32,932 nt of DNA from Octopus bimaculoides (lineage: Eukaryota), in NCBI RefSeq assembly GCF_001194135.2, contig NC_068981.1, forward strand, positions 118,706,335 through 118,739,266. The letters are read 5' to 3'. Of this stretch, positions 31,321-32,932 are shown one piece after another. The notes under the pieces are model-generated. The model had not been told where the DNA came from. It made no database searches and was given only the letters and a program-made list of their open reading frames with translations. How positions within the stretch are numbered: position 1 is the first letter of the stretch; every line of letters starts with the position of its first letter. Made by a program: the position numbers and the translations under genes.

Positions 31321-32214
31321 GTTTAAAATAGTGTTGCAAAGACGAAGACAAACCTCATATAGTTTAATGTCCTTCCATTTGGGTCTAACGCTGGTCTTGT
31401 TTCTACTCTTAGACGACCACATAATGTCTTAATCCNNNNNNNNNNNNNNNNNNNNNNNNNNNNNNNNNNNNNNNNNNNNNNNNNNNNNNNNNNNNNNNNN
31501 NNNNNNNNNNNNNNNNNNNNNNNNNNNNNNNNNNNNNNNNNNNNNNNNNNNNNNNNNNNNNNNNNNNNNNNNNNNNNNNNNNNNNNNNNNNNNNNNNNNN
31601 NNNNNNNNNNNNNNNNNNNNNNNNNNNNNNNNNNNNNNNNNNNNNNNNNNNNNNNNNNNNNNNNNNNNNNNNNNNNNNNNNNNNNNNNNNNNNNNNNNNN
31701 NNNNNNNNNNNNNNNNNNNNNNNNNNNNNNNNNNNNNNNNNNNNNNNNNNNNNNNNNNNNNNNNNNNNNNNNNNNNNNNNNNNNNNNNNNNNNNNNNNNN
31801 NNNNNNNNNNNNNNNNNNNNNNNNNNNNNNNNNNNNNNNNNNNNNNNNNNNNNNNNNNNNNNNNNNNNNNNNNNNNNNNNNNNNNNNNNNNNNNNNNNNN
31901 NNNNNNNNNNNNNNNNNNNNNNNNNNNNNNNNNNNNNNNNNNNNNNNNNNNNNNNNNNNNNNNNNNNNNNNNNNNNNNNNNNNNNNNNNNNNNNNNNNNN
32001 NNNNNNNNNNNNNNNNNNNNNNNNNNNNNNNNNNNNNNNNNNNNNNNNNNNNNNNNNNNNNNNNNNNNNNNNNNNNNNNNNNNNNNNNNNNNNNNNNNNN
32101 NNNNNNNNNNNNNNNNNNNNNNNNNNNNNNNNNNNNNATTCCAAGGGCATCAGCGGCCGCAAACGTAATTGATGTGAAAGTGCAACAAAACAGTAGCGAG
32201 AAAAGAGTAGGACG

Positions 32215-32714
32215 TTACAACTACTACCACCACCACCACCACCACCACCACAACCACCTCTGACACTACCACCATTACAACTACTACACTACTACTACTA
32301 CTACTACTGCAACTGCGACTGCTGCCAGTACTGCCATAGCTATTACTAACGTAGCTATTGTTCCTCTAACTGCTATGGTGGCTAGTGCTTCTTACGTTTT
32401 TCATTATTTCATTATTTTTCGCTGTTGTTTATTGTTCTTTTATTTTTTTTTACCTTTTCTTCTTTTTTTTTTCCTATCCCTAGCCTTACACATTCATCAT
32501 CCATTATACATAGTTATACATACAATACATATATTTACGTACAAACACACACAGACTCACACAAACACACACACACACATATATACATGTATGTATGTAT
32601 GTATGTATGTATGTATGTATGTATGTATGCTTGTATGTGTGTGTGTATGTATGTTTGTATGTGTGTATGTTTGTATGTATGCATGCATGTATGTATATGT
32701 ATATATATATATAT

Positions 32715-32763
<49 letters not shown>

Positions 32764-32884
32764 AGCGTGTGTACGTATATATACACATATTTAGATACAT
32801 ATATATGCATGTATATATATATGCATGAATGTATATATATACATATATATATAATATATATGCATGTATATATATGCATAAATG

Positions 32885-32932
<48 letters not shown>
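32215..32932. repeat. (ACC)/(ACT)n, (CA)n, (TATG)n, (ATAG)n and (TA)n microsatellites
   Basis: Directly visible. Confidence 0.93.

Noticed and set aside
32215-32470. Thr/Ala-rich, hydrophobic-tailed ORF resembling a mucin or membrane protein
   Set aside because: It is degenerate (ACT/ACC/GCT)n followed by T-rich low-complexity sequence, with no splice or homology support.

Overview
This is a repeat-saturated, AT-rich animal genomic window. About 3.3 kb of it is N gaps, in nine blocks. I can support no intact host gene, true tRNA/rRNA gene or CRISPR array. The SINE and microsatellite complement suggests a cephalopod (octopus-like) genome; this is an inference from recalled repeat families. 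The window holds decayed mariner-like transposons (DD41D-like at the left edge, DD37D/maT-like at 24.6-25.3 kb), Helitron helicase fragments, at least four SINE-like families, five 3' ends of RLE-endonuclease (R4/Dong-like) LINEs sitting in (TAA)n or (CATA)n arrays, Penelope-like (PLE) RT relics, and dense microsatellites from 26 kb onward. All long ORFs in the supplied track are microsatellite or N-gap artefacts. The most interesting region is 15.1-18.4 kb. It contains an apparently intact minimal hammerhead ribozyme (16083-16128) downstream of a tRNA-derived Pol III head, with no T4 terminator between them. That head is one arm of a ~220 bp head-to-head palindrome. Further degenerate hammerheads and two convergent PLE RT fragments surround it. 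The candidate system is a Pol III-driven, hammerhead-carrying non-autonomous element mobilised by Penelope-like RTs. All calls come from reading the sequence; no searches were run.
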